Numbered from the stretch's first letter, positions 10,689 to 21,459 are shown. The stretch is DNA of 64,000 nucleotides from Rhodospirillales bacterium (GCA_046582495.1 JAYGEG010000040.1:4388-68387); one strand, 5' to 3'. Notes: generated from the sequence alone by a model not told the origin. A program made the numbers and translations.

Positions 10689-10710
10689 GGGGGAAACTTT
10701 GGCCAGAAAA

Positions 10711-11835
10711 ATGCAGCGTCTGGCAGCATTCCCGGCAGCTCCTCGACTTTCAATTCTGGCCTCAATCGCGGCCATATTGTTTCTAAGTGCCTGTGCGTTT
10801 GATCCCTCGACGATCGTTCGAACGCCTAGAACTCCGGAGGCCGCCGAGGCCGGCGCCAAAGGCTCGGATGCACAGCCCGGAGACGCTGGAACCAAAGCTG
10901 CGCAAGAACTGCCGCCCGAGGTCACCGATGCTTTTGAAAAGCCGGAACAAATCGCAGCGGTTGAAATCGATCTAACGAACTTCAAAGAACGCCTGTTGGG
11001 TCTTGACGACCAAGAGATCACCGAACTTCTCGGTAACCCGAAATTTGAGCGAAATGAGCCGCCCGCCCGCATTTGGCAATACCAGAGCAATGAATGTTTT
11101 GTCGATCTATTCTTATTTTCTCAAGATGGCGACATAACCGTCGACCATGTTGAAGTGCGCGGCAAACAAGTCGAAAAAATTGATGAGAAAGTATGCTTTG
11201 CCAGTATTTTAAACGCTGCAAATGGCGGCGAAGCGCCAGCAAAACCGGTTGGCCCCCTTGCGCCGCAACAACCTACACCGGGTGCCGTAAAAGTTCCGCC
11301 CGTCACCCAAGGGATTCCGAGCGATGTACCCGCGGATAAAAAGCCGGCAGAACCTGAGCCAACGGAGCCAACTTTAGATCAGCCCGCCGAGCCGCCTGCC
11401 GAAGATGAGCCTGAAGCACCGGCATTTGGTGAAGAAGATCCGGTTGAAGAACCCGCCAAAGAACCCGCTAAGAAGCCTGAAAAAATTACCGCCGACGAAG
11501 AGCCGAACACTGAGGAGCCGCCAGAGCCGGTAGAGGAACCCGAGGACGCCCCAGAAGGAGCTCCCGAAGAGGAACCTATGGCTGAGCCAGAAAAAGAGCC
11601 TGAAGGAAAATCTGAAAAAGCAGATGAAAAGGACGGCGAAAAAGAGGGCGAAAAAGAGGATTCAAAATCAGATTCTGATGATCGACCAGACTCCTTGGGC
11701 GGCGATGACACAGACGACGCGGCCCCTAAAAAATCGGAAAAAACCGAAGCGCCTGAAAAAGACGAGCTCCCTGACGCACCAAAAATCGGCACCACTCAAG
11801 CCGATGATGATCTCCTGGAAGAGCCCGCCCCTTAA
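10711..11835 (+). CDS. Putative lipoprotein with an SmpA/OmlA-like small domain and a roughly 200-aa Pro/Glu/Asp/Lys-rich tail
   Basis: From ATG 10711: signal peptide ending FLSAC (lipobox), then LLGLDDQEITELLGNP...ARIWQYQ..CFVDLFLF, then a low-complexity acidic tail. The ORF-track start at 10564 overlaps the bactofilin gene. Confidence 0.7.
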   Translation: MQRLAAFPAAPRLSILASIAAILFLSACAFDPSTIVRTPRTPEAAEAGAKGSDAQPGDAGTKAAQELPPEVTDAFEKPEQIAAVEIDLTNFKERLLGLDDQEITELLGNPKFERNEPPARIWQYQSNECFVDLFLFSQDGDITVDHVEVRGKQVEKIDEKVCFASILNAANGGEAPAKPVGPLAPQQPTPGAVKVPPVTQGIPSDVPADKKPAEPEPTEPTLDQPAEPPAEDEPEAPAFGEEDPVEEPAKEPAKKPEKITADEEPNTEEPPEPVEEPEDAPEGAPEEEPMAEPEKEPEGKSEKADEKDGEKEGEKEDSKSDSDDRPDSLGGDDTDDAAPKKSEKTEAPEKDELPDAPKIGTTQADDDLLEEPAP

Positions 11836-11844
11836 ATAGACGTG

Positions 11845-12486
11845 CTACCCGTCGAGCGTCGTCTTTGCTTTGAAGGCACATTCTTCGCGCACGACACAAG
11901 CGGGACAATCAGGTTTTCGCGCTTTGCACACATACCGGCCATGTAAAATGAGCCAATGATGGGCGTGCTGCATAAATTCCGGCGGCGTTACTTTTTCAAA
12001 TTTTTTCTCAACTTCGAGCGGCGTCTTGCCCGGTGCCATGCCGGTGCGATTGCCCAAGCGGAACAAATGCGTATCGACGGCGATCGTCGGATGACCGAAG
12101 GCAATGTTTAGCACAACATTGGCTGTTTTACGGCCTACACCCGGCAGCTTTTGCAGCTCGTCTCGGTCCTGGGGAATTTTGCCGCCAAAATCATCGAGCA
12201 GCATGTGACTGAGTTTTATCACGTTTTTTGCTTTTGAATTATAGAGACCGATGGACTTTACATAGTCTTTGAGTTTGGCCTCGCCGAGCGCGACCATTTT
12301 TTCAGGCGTTTTCACAACTTTAAACAGCGGCTTGGTGGCGCGGTTGACACCAACGTCTGTCGCCTGTGCTGACAGTACAACAGCCACCAAAAGGGTGTAG
12401 TGATTAACGTAGTGAAGCTCGCCTTTAGGGTTAGGGTTTTGTTTTTCGAGCTTGGTGTAAAAGCTGTGGATTTTATCTTTTTTCAT
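11845..12486 (-). CDS. nth: Endonuclease III
   Basis: LLVAVVLSAQATD, HhH LPGVGRKTANVVL, AVDTH, CKARKPDCPAC..REEC. Confidence 0.97.
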   Translation of the reverse strand: MKKDKIHSFYTKLEKQNPNPKGELHYVNHYTLLVAVVLSAQATDVGVNRATKPLFKVVKTPEKMVALGEAKLKDYVKSIGLYNSKAKNVIKLSHMLLDDFGGKIPQDRDELQKLPGVGRKTANVVLNIAFGHPTIAVDTHLFRLGNRTGMAPGKTPLEVEKKFEKVTPPEFMQHAHHWLILHGRYVCKARKPDCPACVVREECAFKAKTTLDG

Positions 12487-12504
12487 GGAAGCGTTATTGA
12501 AACC

Positions 12505-13305
12505 CTATTTAAAGCCGAGCACATCCAGCATGTCGTAAAGGCCGGCGTCTTTGCCGTCGGTCCAGCGCGCGGCGCGTATCGCACCTTTGGAAAAAATACC
12601 TCTGGAGGACGCCCGGTGGGTGAACTCAACGCGTTCGTTTTCGCCGGCGAAGATAACCGTGTGTTCGCCAACAACCTCGCCGCCGCGCAGTGACGCAAAC
12701 CCGATATCGCCTTTTTTGCGCGCGCCAGTAATGCCATCCCGGCCTCTCGCCGAAACATCATCCAAGCTAACGCCGCGTCCCGCAGCGGCTGCCTCACCAA
12801 GACCAATTGCCGTGCCGGAGGGTGAATCGACCTTATGTTTGTGGTGCATTTCGATAATTTCAATATCGTAATCATCGTCGAGAATACCGGCAAGTTGCTG
12901 GGTTATCGCAAACTGCACATTTACGCCGATCGAGAAATTCATTGCTTTAACAATGGTGATATCTTTGGCTGCCGTCTCGATTGCCGCCAAACCGTTCTCG
13001 TCATGCCCGGTCGTCCCAAGGACCAAACTTGTTCCATTTTTTTGGGCGAGGGCGAGATGATTGGCTGTCGCTGCTGGAAGCGTAAAATCAACCACCACAT
13101 CTGATGCGGCAAATAACGCCTCTGCATCTTCGCTGATTTCCATACCGCAAGCATCGAGACCGGCATGCGCAGCAACGTCACGTCCGAGCGCAGGGTTTCC
13201 AGGGCCTTCCGTGCCGCCTGCCAATTCGCAGCCCTCTGTCGCGGTCACTTCTTGGACCAACATCTGGCCCATGCGTCCCGCACATCCGACAATTCCGATT
13301 TTCAT
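12505..13305 (-). CDS. dapB: 4-hydroxy-tetrahydrodipicolinate reductase
   Basis: GCAGRMG, EIIEMHHKHKVDSPSGTA, SLRGG.VVGEHTV. Confidence 0.97.
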   Translation of the reverse strand: MKIGIVGCAGRMGQMLVQEVTATEGCELAGGTEGPGNPALGRDVAAHAGLDACGMEISEDAEALFAASDVVVDFTLPAATANHLALAQKNGTSLVLGTTGHDENGLAAIETAAKDITIVKAMNFSIGVNVQFAITQQLAGILDDDYDIEIIEMHHKHKVDSPSGTAIGLGEAAAAGRGVSLDDVSARGRDGITGARKKGDIGFASLRGGEVVGEHTVIFAGENERVEFTHRASSRGIFSKGAIRAARWTDGKDAGLYDMLDVLGFK

Positions 13306-13331
13306 TTGTGATGCCCCCTAATTAATGTGGA

Positions 13332-14480
13332 CTAGTCTTTTAGATCTTCCCAAAGATCTTTGACTTTGGTGAAAAAACCATCTGATTCCGGATTATTTTG
13401 TTCGGAACCGCCTTCAGCTTCAAACTCTTTCAGCAATTCTTTTTGTTTATTGGTCAAATTCACCGGCGTTTCAACAGACGACTGTACAAACATATCACCA
13501 CGTTCCTTGGAACGTAAGACCGACATGCCTTTTCCTTTAAGGCGGAATTGATGACCGGATTGGGTGCCTTGCGGAATGGTAATCCGGGCCCGGCCACCAT
13601 CAACAGTTGGCACTTCGATGTGACCGCCAAGCGCGGCTGTTGTCAGTGGGATTGGCACCATGCAATAAATATTCGCCCCTTCCCGCTGGAAGATGTGATG
13701 CGCGGAAACAGAAATAAAGATATAAAGATCGCCCGACGGCGCGCCGTTGAGACCGGCCTCACCTTCACCGGAAAGACGAATGCGAGTGCCGTCTTCAACG
13801 CCTGCCGGGATGGTAACGGAAAGCGTTTTTTCCTGATGCACCCGACCGGACCCGCTACAGTTTGAGCAAGCATCTTTGATAAATTTACCGGCGCCCTGAC
13901 AGGTTGGACAGGCGCGCTCGATGTTGAAAAAGCCTTGTTGGGCACGGACTTTGCCGTGGCCATGACAGGCCGGGCAGGTCTCTGGCGCAACGCCGCCATT
14001 GGTCCCTATGCCATTGCAATCCCCACAAGACACAGATGTCGGCACGCGGATATTGGTTTTATTACCTTTAAAAGCTTCGGGTATAGAAATTTCCATGTTG
14101 TAGCGAAGATCGGAGCCTCTGGAAGAACCTTGACGACCGCGGCCGCCGCCGCCCACGAAATCGCCAAACATATCTTCGAAAATATCGGCAAATCCCGCGC
14201 CGCCAAAGCCACCGCCAGCGCTGGCTCCGCTGCCAAAACCACCAGGGCCGCCTTGCTCGAACGCCGCGTGACCAAAACGATCATAGGCCGCGCGCTTTTC
14301 CTCATCGAAAAGCACGTCATTGGCTTCATTGACTTCTTTGAACTTCTTTTCGGCCTCAGGATCATCCGCATTTCGGTCAGGATGATACTTCATCGCCATT
14401 TTCCGATACGCTTTTTTTATGACGTCCTGAGAAGCGTTTCGATCTATGCCGAGCGTTGTATAATAATCTTCTTTCGCCAT
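13332..14480 (-). CDS. dnaJ: Chaperone DnaJ
   Basis: J domain with HPD, G/F region, four CxxCxGxG repeats. Confidence 0.98.
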   Translation of the reverse strand: MAKEDYYTTLGIDRNASQDVIKKAYRKMAMKYHPDRNADDPEAEKKFKEVNEANDVLFDEEKRAAYDRFGHAAFEQGGPGGFGSGASAGGGFGGAGFADIFEDMFGDFVGGGGRGRQGSSRGSDLRYNMEISIPEAFKGNKTNIRVPTSVSCGDCNGIGTNGGVAPETCPACHGHGKVRAQQGFFNIERACPTCQGAGKFIKDACSNCSGSGRVHQEKTLSVTIPAGVEDGTRIRLSGEGEAGLNGAPSGDLYIFISVSAHHIFQREGANIYCMVPIPLTTAALGGHIEVPTVDGGRARITIPQGTQSGHQFRLKGKGMSVLRSKERGDMFVQSSVETPVNLTNKQKELLKEFEAEGGSEQNNPESDGFFTKVKDLWEDLKD

Positions 14481-14507
14481 TAGGCTGACCTACCCTTATA
14501 CATGCAT

Positions 14508-14541
14508 CGGGCGCTTCCATAAAACCTATGGCAGACGCCCG
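14508..14541 (-). other. Imperfect stem-loop in the dnaK-dnaJ spacer
   Basis: CGGGCG(14508-13)...CCATA-AAACC-TATGG...CGCCCG(14536-41). No U-tract follows on the transcribed strand. Confidence 0.5.
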
Positions 14542-14559
14542 TTACACTGTTTCTAAAGA

Positions 14560-16524
14560 CTAGCTGTCTTCCTTCTTCTCGCTATCTTTTACATCAGGGT
14601 CGACTTCTTCGAATTCAGCGTCGACGATCGTGTCATCTCCGGCATCGCCGCCCATTCCAGCCGCCATGTTGTTGGGATCAAAACCGCCTTCGGGCATTTC
14701 GCCGCCTTCTTCCTGGCTTGCTTTATACATTGCTTCGCCAAGTTTCATTGCTGCTTCCATCAAAGCATCAGATTTTTCTTTGAGCTCTACCGCATTTGCC
14801 TCTTCATTGGCGAGGACATCTTTAACAACGGTTACAGCCGTTTCAATTTCTGCTTTTTCTTCTTCAGAAATTTTATCGCCATATTCGCTCAGGTTTTTCT
14901 CGGTCGAATGAACCAAAGAATCTGCATTGTTTCTGGCTTCGACCATTTCCTTGCGTTCTTTGTCTTCATCGGCATGCGCTTCTGCGTCCTGAACCATTTG
15001 GTCAATGTCAGCGTCGGACAATCCGCCGGAAGCCTGGATACGAATTTGTTGTTCTTTGCCTGTCGCTTTGTCTTTGGCGGACACATTGACAATACCGTTG
15101 GCATCAATATCAAAGGTCACCTCAATCTGCGGCAAGCCGCGCGGACTTGGCGGAATGCCGATCAAATCAAACTGCCCAAGCAGCTTGTTATCTGCCGCCA
15201 TTTCACGTTCGCCCTGGAACACGCGAATGGTTACGGCGCCCTGATTGTCTTCAGCGGTTGAGAACACCTGGCTTTTGCGTGTTGGGATCGTTGTGTTGCG
15301 ATCAATAAGCCGCGTAAATACACCGCCCAAGGTTTCGATACCCAAGGATAGGGGCGTAACGTCGAGCAACAAAACATCTTTAACATCGCCTTGCAGAACG
15401 CCGGCCTGGATCGCCGCACCAAGAGCAACAACTTCGTCCGGGTTCACCCCTTTATGGGGCTCACGGCCAAAGAACTCTTGCACGATTTCCTGAACTTTTG
15501 GCATCCGGGTCATACCACCAACCAAGATCACTTCATCAATTTCGCCCGCCGTAATACCGGCGTCTTTCAGCGCAGATTTACACGGTGCAATCGTCCGCTC
15601 AATAAGCTTCTCGACCAGGGCTTCAAGCTTTGCGCGGGTCAGTTTGATGTTCAGGTGTTTTGGACCGCTTTGATCTGCCGTGATAAACGGCAGGTTTACT
15701 TCCGTCTGCATCGTGCTCGACAGTTCAACTTTGGCTTTCTCAGCACCTTCTTTCAGACGTTGAAGGGCCAAGCGATCTTCGCGAAGATCGACGCCCTGCT
15801 CTTTTTTAAACTCATCAGCGAGATAATCTATGATGCATTGATCAAAGTCTTCACCGCCCAAGAACGTATCGCCATTGGTGGATTTAACTTCAAACACGCC
15901 GTCACCAATTTCGAGGACGGAGACATCGAAAGTACCGCCGCCGAGATCATAAACAACGATGGTGCCGCTTTCGGTTTTATCCAAACCATAAGCGAGCGCT
16001 GCGGCTGTCGGCTCGTTGATAATGCGGAGCACGTCAAGGCCGGCAATTTTACCGGCGTCTTTGGTGGCTTGGCGTTGAGAATCGTTAAAATACGCCGGTA
16101 CCGTAATAACGGCTTGCGTGACATCTTCACCGAGATAACTTTCAGCCGTCTCTTTCATTTTTTGCAGAATGAAGGCGCTGATTTGGCTCGGGCTATATTT
16201 TTCGCCTTTGGCTTCGACCCAGGCATCGCCATTGTCACCGGAAACAATGTGATACGGCACGAGGCCTTTATCTTTTTCGGTCAGCGGATCGTCATAACGA
16301 CGGCCGATCAAACGCTTGATGGCAAATAGGGTGTCTTCCGGATTGGTGACAGATTGACGTTTCGCCGGCTGGCCGACCAAGCGTTCCTCACCATCTGCAA
16401 AAGCAACCATGGAAGGGGTTGTCCGAGCACCCTCGGCATTTTCGATGACTTTCGCATCAGACCCTTCCATAAGGGCGATACAGGAGTTTGTCGTACCTAA
16501 GTCAATTCCAATTACTTTACTCAT
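14560..16524 (-). CDS. dnaK: Chaperone DnaK (Hsp70)
   Basis: [54 protein letters not shown]. Start set to ATG 16524. Confidence 0.99.
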   Translation of the reverse strand: MSKVIGIDLGTTNSCIALMEGSDAKVIENAEGARTTPSMVAFADGEERLVGQPAKRQSVTNPEDTLFAIKRLIGRRYDDPLTEKDKGLVPYHIVSGDNGDAWVEAKGEKYSPSQISAFILQKMKETAESYLGEDVTQAVITVPAYFNDSQRQATKDAGKIAGLDVLRIINEPTAAALAYGLDKTESGTIVVYDLGGGTFDVSVLEIGDGVFEVKSTNGDTFLGGEDFDQCIIDYLADEFKKEQGVDLREDRLALQRLKEGAEKAKVELSSTMQTEVNLPFITADQSGPKHLNIKLTRAKLEALVEKLIERTIAPCKSALKDAGITAGEIDEVILVGGMTRMPKVQEIVQEFFGREPHKGVNPDEVVALGAAIQAGVLQGDVKDVLLLDVTPLSLGIETLGGVFTRLIDRNTTIPTRKSQVFSTAEDNQGAVTIRVFQGEREMAADNKLLGQFDLIGIPPSPRGLPQIEVTFDIDANGIVNVSAKDKATGKEQQIRIQASGGLSDADIDQMVQDAEAHADEDKERKEMVEARNNADSLVHSTEKNLSEYGDKISEEEKAEIETAVTVVKDVLANEEANAVELKEKSDALMEAAMKLGEAMYKASQEEGGEMPEGGFDPNNMAAGMGGDAGDDTIVDAEFEEVDPDVKDSEKKEDS

Positions 16525-16687
16525 TTTTTTCTGTCCTCTCAATTTAGCAACAGAACCTTGCGGCCCGATCTACGTTAGGCGCCGCCTAGGTTATCGGTGA
16601 TTTACGGGTTATAGAAAATGTTAAAAATTAAACTTCGTAATTGCTGAAAAAGTGGTGTTCAGCGTAGCTACTTAGTGTATGGGCGTT

Positions 16688-16716
16688 ATATAAGCCGCCA
16701 CTTATACGGCTGCAAC
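16688..16716 (-). promoter_or_regulatory. RpoH (sigma32)-like promoter for dnaK-dnaJ
   Basis: Minus strand GTTG-N18-CTTATAT, compared with the alphaproteobacterial RpoH consensus CTTG-N17/18-CYTATNT. Confidence 0.6.
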
Positions 16717-16761
16717 CACTCATGCAGCTTTTTTTTGATTAAATTTGAGGCGTCGAACTCC

Positions 16762-17586
16762 CTACAATTCTTTATCTAGCTGAGAATCTCCGCCGTCGGC
16801 GACTTGATCCGCTGCATCTGACTGTTTTTCATAGGCCGATGAGCTTTCCGTCGCAGCTTGTTCCTTGGGCGGCTCGATAGGTGTTTCAGCGTCGCCGTTT
16901 TCTTCCAATTTTGGCCCGCCTTTTGACACGCCAACCATTGCCGGGCGCAACAACCGATCATGCAGCACGTAGCCTTTCTGCATTTCCTGGATAACCAGGC
17001 CAGCTGGCTGATCGAGGTCTTCAACCTCAAACATCGCTTGATGGATGCTGTGATCAAATTTTTGACCAATGGCCTCGACGACTTTAATGCCGGATTGTTC
17101 GAAGATATTCATCAATTCCTTTTCCGTCATTTCGATGCCAACAAAAAGATTGTTTAATTCTTCATTGTCGCCGCGCGCATCTTCGCTAACGCTGCTTAGC
17201 GCACGGGCTAAATTATCCGCAACGGAAACAATTTGGCGGGCAAAGTTGGTAATCGCGTATTTGGACATGTCGGTTTTTTCGCGCTCGGTCCGGCGGCGTA
17301 CATTTTGGGCTTCAGCTAACGCGCGCAACAGCTGGTCTTTGAGGGCGGTGATTTCAGATTCGAGATCTTCATAGGTCAGCGGTAATTTTTCTGCATCCTC
17401 GACCCCCTCCCCTTCTTCAGCCTCGTCATCAACATCAGCTGGATCAGGTTCGTCTGAAACCGCGCTTAAATCCGCGAGATCCTCATCAAGGAGTTCTTCC
17501 GATACCTCTTCCGGGGCATCCGTGTCTTCTTCATCTTGCGGCAATTCTTCTGGAATATCTTCATCCGCGATTTGGTTGATCGTCAT
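16762..17586 (-). CDS. grpE: Nucleotide exchange factor GrpE with long acidic termini
   Basis: LRALAEAQNVRRR, VADNLARAL, GQKFDHSIHQAM, GYVLHDRLLRPAMVGVSK. Confidence 0.96.
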   Translation of the reverse strand: MTINQIADEDIPEELPQDEEDTDAPEEVSEELLDEDLADLSAVSDEPDPADVDDEAEEGEGVEDAEKLPLTYEDLESEITALKDQLLRALAEAQNVRRRTEREKTDMSKYAITNFARQIVSVADNLARALSSVSEDARGDNEELNNLFVGIEMTEKELMNIFEQSGIKVVEAIGQKFDHSIHQAMFEVEDLDQPAGLVIQEMQKGYVLHDRLLRPAMVGVSKGGPKLEENGDAETPIEPPKEQAATESSSAYEKQSDAADQVADGGDSQLDKEL

Positions 17587-17647
17587 CTTAGTGTTACTTC
17601 CTCAATACAATAATTCTAAATGGCAGCTGGCCAGTATCATTTAGGTC

Positions 17648-18712
17648 TTACCCCATGATTTTGCCAATTAATTTTGCCGTATAATCCACCATCGGGATAA
17701 TGCGGGCATAATTCATACGCGTTGGGCCAATAATTCCAATGGCACCAACAAGCTGGCTGGAGCTGGAATGATAGGGCGCGACAATAAACGAACAGCCCGA
17801 GAGATTAAACAACTCATTATCAGCACCAATAAATATTTGAACGCCTTCCGCCGTATCGGCGAGTTCCAGTATTTTAAGCATGGTCTCATTGGTTTCCAGC
17901 GCGGAAAACAGCGCTCGGATGCGTTCGAGATTATCAATAGCGTTCACATCTTCGAGCAAATTCGCCTGACCGCGGACAATCAGAGTGCCGCGAACATTTC
18001 CAGAGGCAGCGTCGCCGGCCCAAGTCGCCAAGCCCGCTTCAACCACTTTGGCTGATAGTTTATTGAGCTGAATTTTGCTTTGTTCAATTTCTGCGTTAAT
18101 TGAGCTACGGGCTTCAGCAATCGTCCGGCCAACCAGGCGCGCGTTTAAATAATTTGTGGCTTCAGTAAAGGCCGAGGCCGGGATATCGCGGGGAACTTCG
18201 AGTATGCGATTTTCAACCACCCCTTCGGCTGTGACCATCACGACCAAAGCTTTACCAGGACTCAAATTGACAAATTCAATATGCTTGAGCGGAGAATCGG
18301 TTGTTGGGGCCAATACCAGACCTGCACAATTCGACAAGCCTGACAGCATTGAGCCGGCTTCTTCCAATACACTTTCCAGGCTTTTGCCGGTCCCCGCCAG
18401 CCGGCTATCAAGATCATTGCGCTCATCAGATGACAAATTGCCGACTTCCAGCAAACCATCGACAAACATGCGAAGACCCAAATCCGTGGGCATTCTGCCA
18501 GCCGACGTATGCGGCGCAAATAACAATCCAAAATCTTCGAGATCGGCCATCACGTTGCGGATCGTCGCCGGCGATAAATGGGTCGACAATTGCTGAGACA
18601 GAGAGCGCGAGCCAATCGGCTCACCAGTCTCGACAAAAGACTCGACGATCTTCATAAAAATTTCGCGGCTGCGATCATTTAACTCGGATATAACGGGACG
18701 TTTTGTGGTCAT
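17648..18712 (-). CDS. hrcA: Heat-inducible transcription repressor HrcA
   Basis: GEPIGSRSLS, LSPATIRNVMADLE..G.L.APHTSAGRMPT, GIIGPTRMNY. Confidence 0.97.
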   Translation of the reverse strand: MTTKRPVISELNDRSREIFMKIVESFVETGEPIGSRSLSQQLSTHLSPATIRNVMADLEDFGLLFAPHTSAGRMPTDLGLRMFVDGLLEVGNLSSDERNDLDSRLAGTGKSLESVLEEAGSMLSGLSNCAGLVLAPTTDSPLKHIEFVNLSPGKALVVMVTAEGVVENRILEVPRDIPASAFTEATNYLNARLVGRTIAEARSSINAEIEQSKIQLNKLSAKVVEAGLATWAGDAASGNVRGTLIVRGQANLLEDVNAIDNLERIRALFSALETNETMLKILELADTAEGVQIFIGADNELFNLSGCSFIVAPYHSSSSQLVGAIGIIGPTRMNYARIIPMVDYTAKLIGKIMG

Positions 18713-18722
18713 GATGGGCGGA

Positions 18723-18751
18723 ATGTAGGTTTGCTGTCCCGAAACGTCAAC
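18723..18751 (-). promoter_or_regulatory. RpoH-like promoter for hrcA-grpE
   Basis: Minus strand GTTG-N18-CCTACAT just upstream of hrcA. Confidence 0.55.
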
Positions 18752-18877
18752 GACTTGCCATTAAATTTAAGTATTTTTATTATTCTGGTTATTATTCTAG
18801 ACCGGGTCCCTCGGCTTCGTTAGGTTGCCGCAACCAATTTTTTGGCTAAAAATTTATAGAACTAGGAAGGAATACAG

Positions 18878-19594
18878 ATGCGCCCTTCTGGCAGAGCACC
18901 AGACCAATTGCGGGACGTGACGATCGAACCGAATTTTAACAAACACGCCGAAGGCTCCTGCCTGATCAAATTCGGCGACACCCATGTAATTTGCACGGCA
19001 TCTGTAGAGGATCGCGTACCATCGTGGCTGAGGGACCAAGGCCATGGCTGGGTGACGGCGGAATATGGCATGCTGCCGCGCTCCACCAATTCGCGGACAA
19101 ATCGGGAAGCAGCGAGAGGCGCTCAAGGCGGCAGAACCCATGAGATTCAGCGCCTTATTGGCCGGTCATTGCGCGCCATCACGGATTTAAAAGCGCTCGG
19201 CGAAATTCAAATTCGGGTTGATTGCGATGTTATTCAGGCCGATGGCGGCACCAGAACCGCGTCGATTACCGGCGGATATGTCGCGCTGCATCTCGCCTGT
19301 CAAAATCTCGTGACATTGGGACTGACCAAAGAAATCCCGTTAATTGGCCATATGGCTGCTGTTTCCTGCGGCATTTTTGAGGGAACGCCGGTGCTTGATC
19401 TGGATTATCCTGAAGACAGCAATGCCGAGGCAGATAGCAACTTTGTCCTCACCGAAACATCAGAAATCATTGAAATCCAGGGAACGGCTGAAGATACACC
19501 GTTTTCGGAGGCGCATTTTTTGGAAATGCTGTCACTCGCCAAAAAAGGTGTCACTGAATTGGTAGAAATACAAAAGAAGGCGTTAGGGATATAA
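18878..19594 (+). CDS. rph: Ribonuclease PH
   Basis: [54 protein letters not shown]. Confidence 0.98.
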   Translation: MRPSGRAPDQLRDVTIEPNFNKHAEGSCLIKFGDTHVICTASVEDRVPSWLRDQGHGWVTAEYGMLPRSTNSRTNREAARGAQGGRTHEIQRLIGRSLRAITDLKALGEIQIRVDCDVIQADGGTRTASITGGYVALHLACQNLVTLGLTKEIPLIGHMAAVSCGIFEGTPVLDLDYPEDSNAEADSNFVLTETSEIIEIQGTAEDTPFSEAHFLEMLSLAKKGVTELVEIQKKALGI

Positions 19595-19631
19595 AACCAC
19601 CCCGGCTTTTTAAATATATCCGCCTCAAATC

Positions 19632-19661
19632 AATTAAACCTACCCCGTGGTAGATTTAATT
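19632..19661. repeat. Palindromic hairpin, copy 1 (core TACCCCGTGGTA)
   Basis: AATTAAA-C-CTACC-CCGT-GGTAG-A-TTTAATT in the rph-rdgB spacer; related to the element at 27111-27135. Confidence 0.5.
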
Positions 19662-19676
19662 TAACAAGGATTTCGA

Positions 19677-20297
19677 ATGCCGCGCAAATTTACCGAGAAA
19701 AAACTGGTTATAGCCAGCCATAACCCCGGAAAAGTCATTGAAATCAATGATTTATTAGGCCCCTTTGGGGTTGAAGCGGTCTCGGCGAGCGCGCTTAATT
19801 TGCCGGAACCTATTGAAGATGGTGAGACCTTCATTGCAAATGCTGAATTGAAGGCCCGCGCCGCGGCAAATGGCGCAAACTTACCGGCTCTGGCCGATGA
19901 TTCCGGCTTGGTTGTACCAATTTTAGGCGGAGATCCTGGGATTTATTCGGCACGGTGGGCCATAAATCCAAATCGGGAAACCAAAGATTTCGATCTCGCA
20001 ATGAAGAAAGTTAAACAAGCCATTGAGGCAAAAGGTGAAAATCCGGAAGGCCAAAGCGCTTATTTTGCCTGCGCCCTAAGCCTCGGCTGGCCAAATGGCG
20101 ACATAGAAACGCTTGAAGGCCAAGTTCAGGGTAGATTGACTTTTCCGCCGCGCGGGACAAAAGGTTTCGGTTACGATCCAATATTTGTTCCGATTAATTA
20201 TCAATTAACCTTCGGCGAAATGGAGCAAGGCGAAAAACACCAAATGAGCCATCGGGCAGAGGCCTTTCAAAAACTTGTAACTCGTTGTTTTAGATAA
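19677..20297 (+). CDS. rdgB: Non-canonical purine NTP pyrophosphatase (RdgB/HAM1)
   Basis: ASHNPGKV.EI, ALADDSGL, PGIYSARW, GFGYDPIF, SHRAEAF. Confidence 0.96.
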   Translation: MPRKFTEKKLVIASHNPGKVIEINDLLGPFGVEAVSASALNLPEPIEDGETFIANAELKARAAANGANLPALADDSGLVVPILGGDPGIYSARWAINPNRETKDFDLAMKKVKQAIEAKGENPEGQSAYFACALSLGWPNGDIETLEGQVQGRLTFPPRGTKGFGYDPIFVPINYQLTFGEMEQGEKHQMSHRAEAFQKLVTRCFR

Positions 20298-20301
20298 AAA
20301 A

Positions 20302-21453
20302 ATGTCACAAATTGAATCTGCTTTCGGGATTTATATTCATTGGCCTTTCTGCGCCAAAAAATGCCCCTATTGTGACTTCAATAGTCACGTGCGAGACTCG
20401 ATTGATCATGATCAATGGCTAAAAGCTTATCTCAACGAGCTAAGATATTACGCTAACGAAACATCCGGAAACACTGTAACAAGTATATTTTTTGGCGGCG
20501 GCACACCGTCTTTGATGAAACCGGTTGTCGTCGAAGCAATATTGGAGGAAATCAAGCGCCTTTGGACCTGTTCTGAAAGCCTTGAAATCACCGCCGAGGC
20601 CAATCCGTCGTCCTCAGAAATTCAGTTATTTGAAGATTTTAAGCAAGCTGGCATCAATCGCCTATCGATCGGTATTCAGAGCTTTGATGATGCTGCGCTT
20701 GGGTTTTTAGGCCGACTCCATAATTCAAAAGAAGCTGAAAAAGCCATCAATGCAGCCGCGCATACTTTTGATCGCTTCTCCTTTGATCTAATTTATGCAC
20801 TTCCAGACCAAACGCCAGATCAATGGCGACGCCAACTCAGCGACGCACTTCAAATGGCAGGTGATCATCTGTCATTGTATCAACTCACCATTGAACCCGG
20901 CACCGCCTTTCATAAAGACCGTGTGGCAGCCGCCAATGAAGACACTGGCACCGAACTCTTTGAAATTACACAAGAATTGATGGATCAAGCGGGTTTACCG
21001 GCCTACGAGATCTCCAATCATGCGCGGCCCGGCGAGGAAAGCCGCCACAATCTGGTTTATTGGCGGGGTCAGGCCTATCTCGGGATCGGCCCCGGTGCGC
21101 ATGGCCGTCTCATGGGAGCTGATTTCGAAACTGAAATGATCCACAATTTCCGGGAGCCCGAAAAATGGCTGGAATTGGCTTCCACTAAGGACCTCGGCAT
21201 GCAAAAACGCCGTGCTTTGACGGCGATAGAGCGGCGCGACGAAATCGTCTTAATGAGTTTACGCCTTACCGAAGGTCTCTCCGCTGATCACTTTCACACA
21301 TTAACCGGCACAGATTTGGCCGATACGCTGGATCAAAATCGCCTTCAAGCCCTTGAAAAAGTAGGGTTTGTTTCATTTGGCGACGGTGTTTTAAAAGCGA
21401 CCAAAGAAGGCCGCCAGCGCCTCAACGCGGTGCTCTCGCATTTGCTTGTCTAA
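20302..21453 (+). CDS. hemW: Radical SAM heme chaperone HemW (HemN-like)
   Basis: IYIHWPFCAKKCPYCDFNS, IFFGGGTPS, YEISNHA, YLGIGPGAHG; conserved rph-rdgB-hemW context. Confidence 0.93.
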   Translation: MSQIESAFGIYIHWPFCAKKCPYCDFNSHVRDSIDHDQWLKAYLNELRYYANETSGNTVTSIFFGGGTPSLMKPVVVEAILEEIKRLWTCSESLEITAEANPSSSEIQLFEDFKQAGINRLSIGIQSFDDAALGFLGRLHNSKEAEKAINAAAHTFDRFSFDLIYALPDQTPDQWRRQLSDALQMAGDHLSLYQLTIEPGTAFHKDRVAAANEDTGTELFEITQELMDQAGLPAYEISNHARPGEESRHNLVYWRGQAYLGIGPGAHGRLMGADFETEMIHNFREPEKWLELASTKDLGMQKRRALTAIERRDEIVLMSLRLTEGLSADHFHTLTGTDLADTLDQNRLQALEKVGFVSFGDGVLKATKEGRQRLNAVLSHLLV

Positions 21454-21459
21454 ATTAAA

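Noticed and set aside
10564-10710. ORF-track N-terminal extensions (also 5136, 16542, 22836, 27547, 29008, 40048, 53190, 57334)
   Set aside because: They overlap neighbouring genes or precede the conserved N-terminus, so downstream starts were used.
13548-14483. Several overlapping ORFs across dnaJ
   Set aside because: Alternative-frame or antisense shadows of a well-supported gene.
15391-16329. 312-aa plus-strand ORF
   Set aside because: Antisense shadow of dnaK, a common artefact of its codon bias; no recognisable motifs.
16525-18877. CIRCE operator near hrcA, grpE or dnaK
   Set aside because: No TTAGCACTC-N9-GAGTGCTAA or close variant seen.
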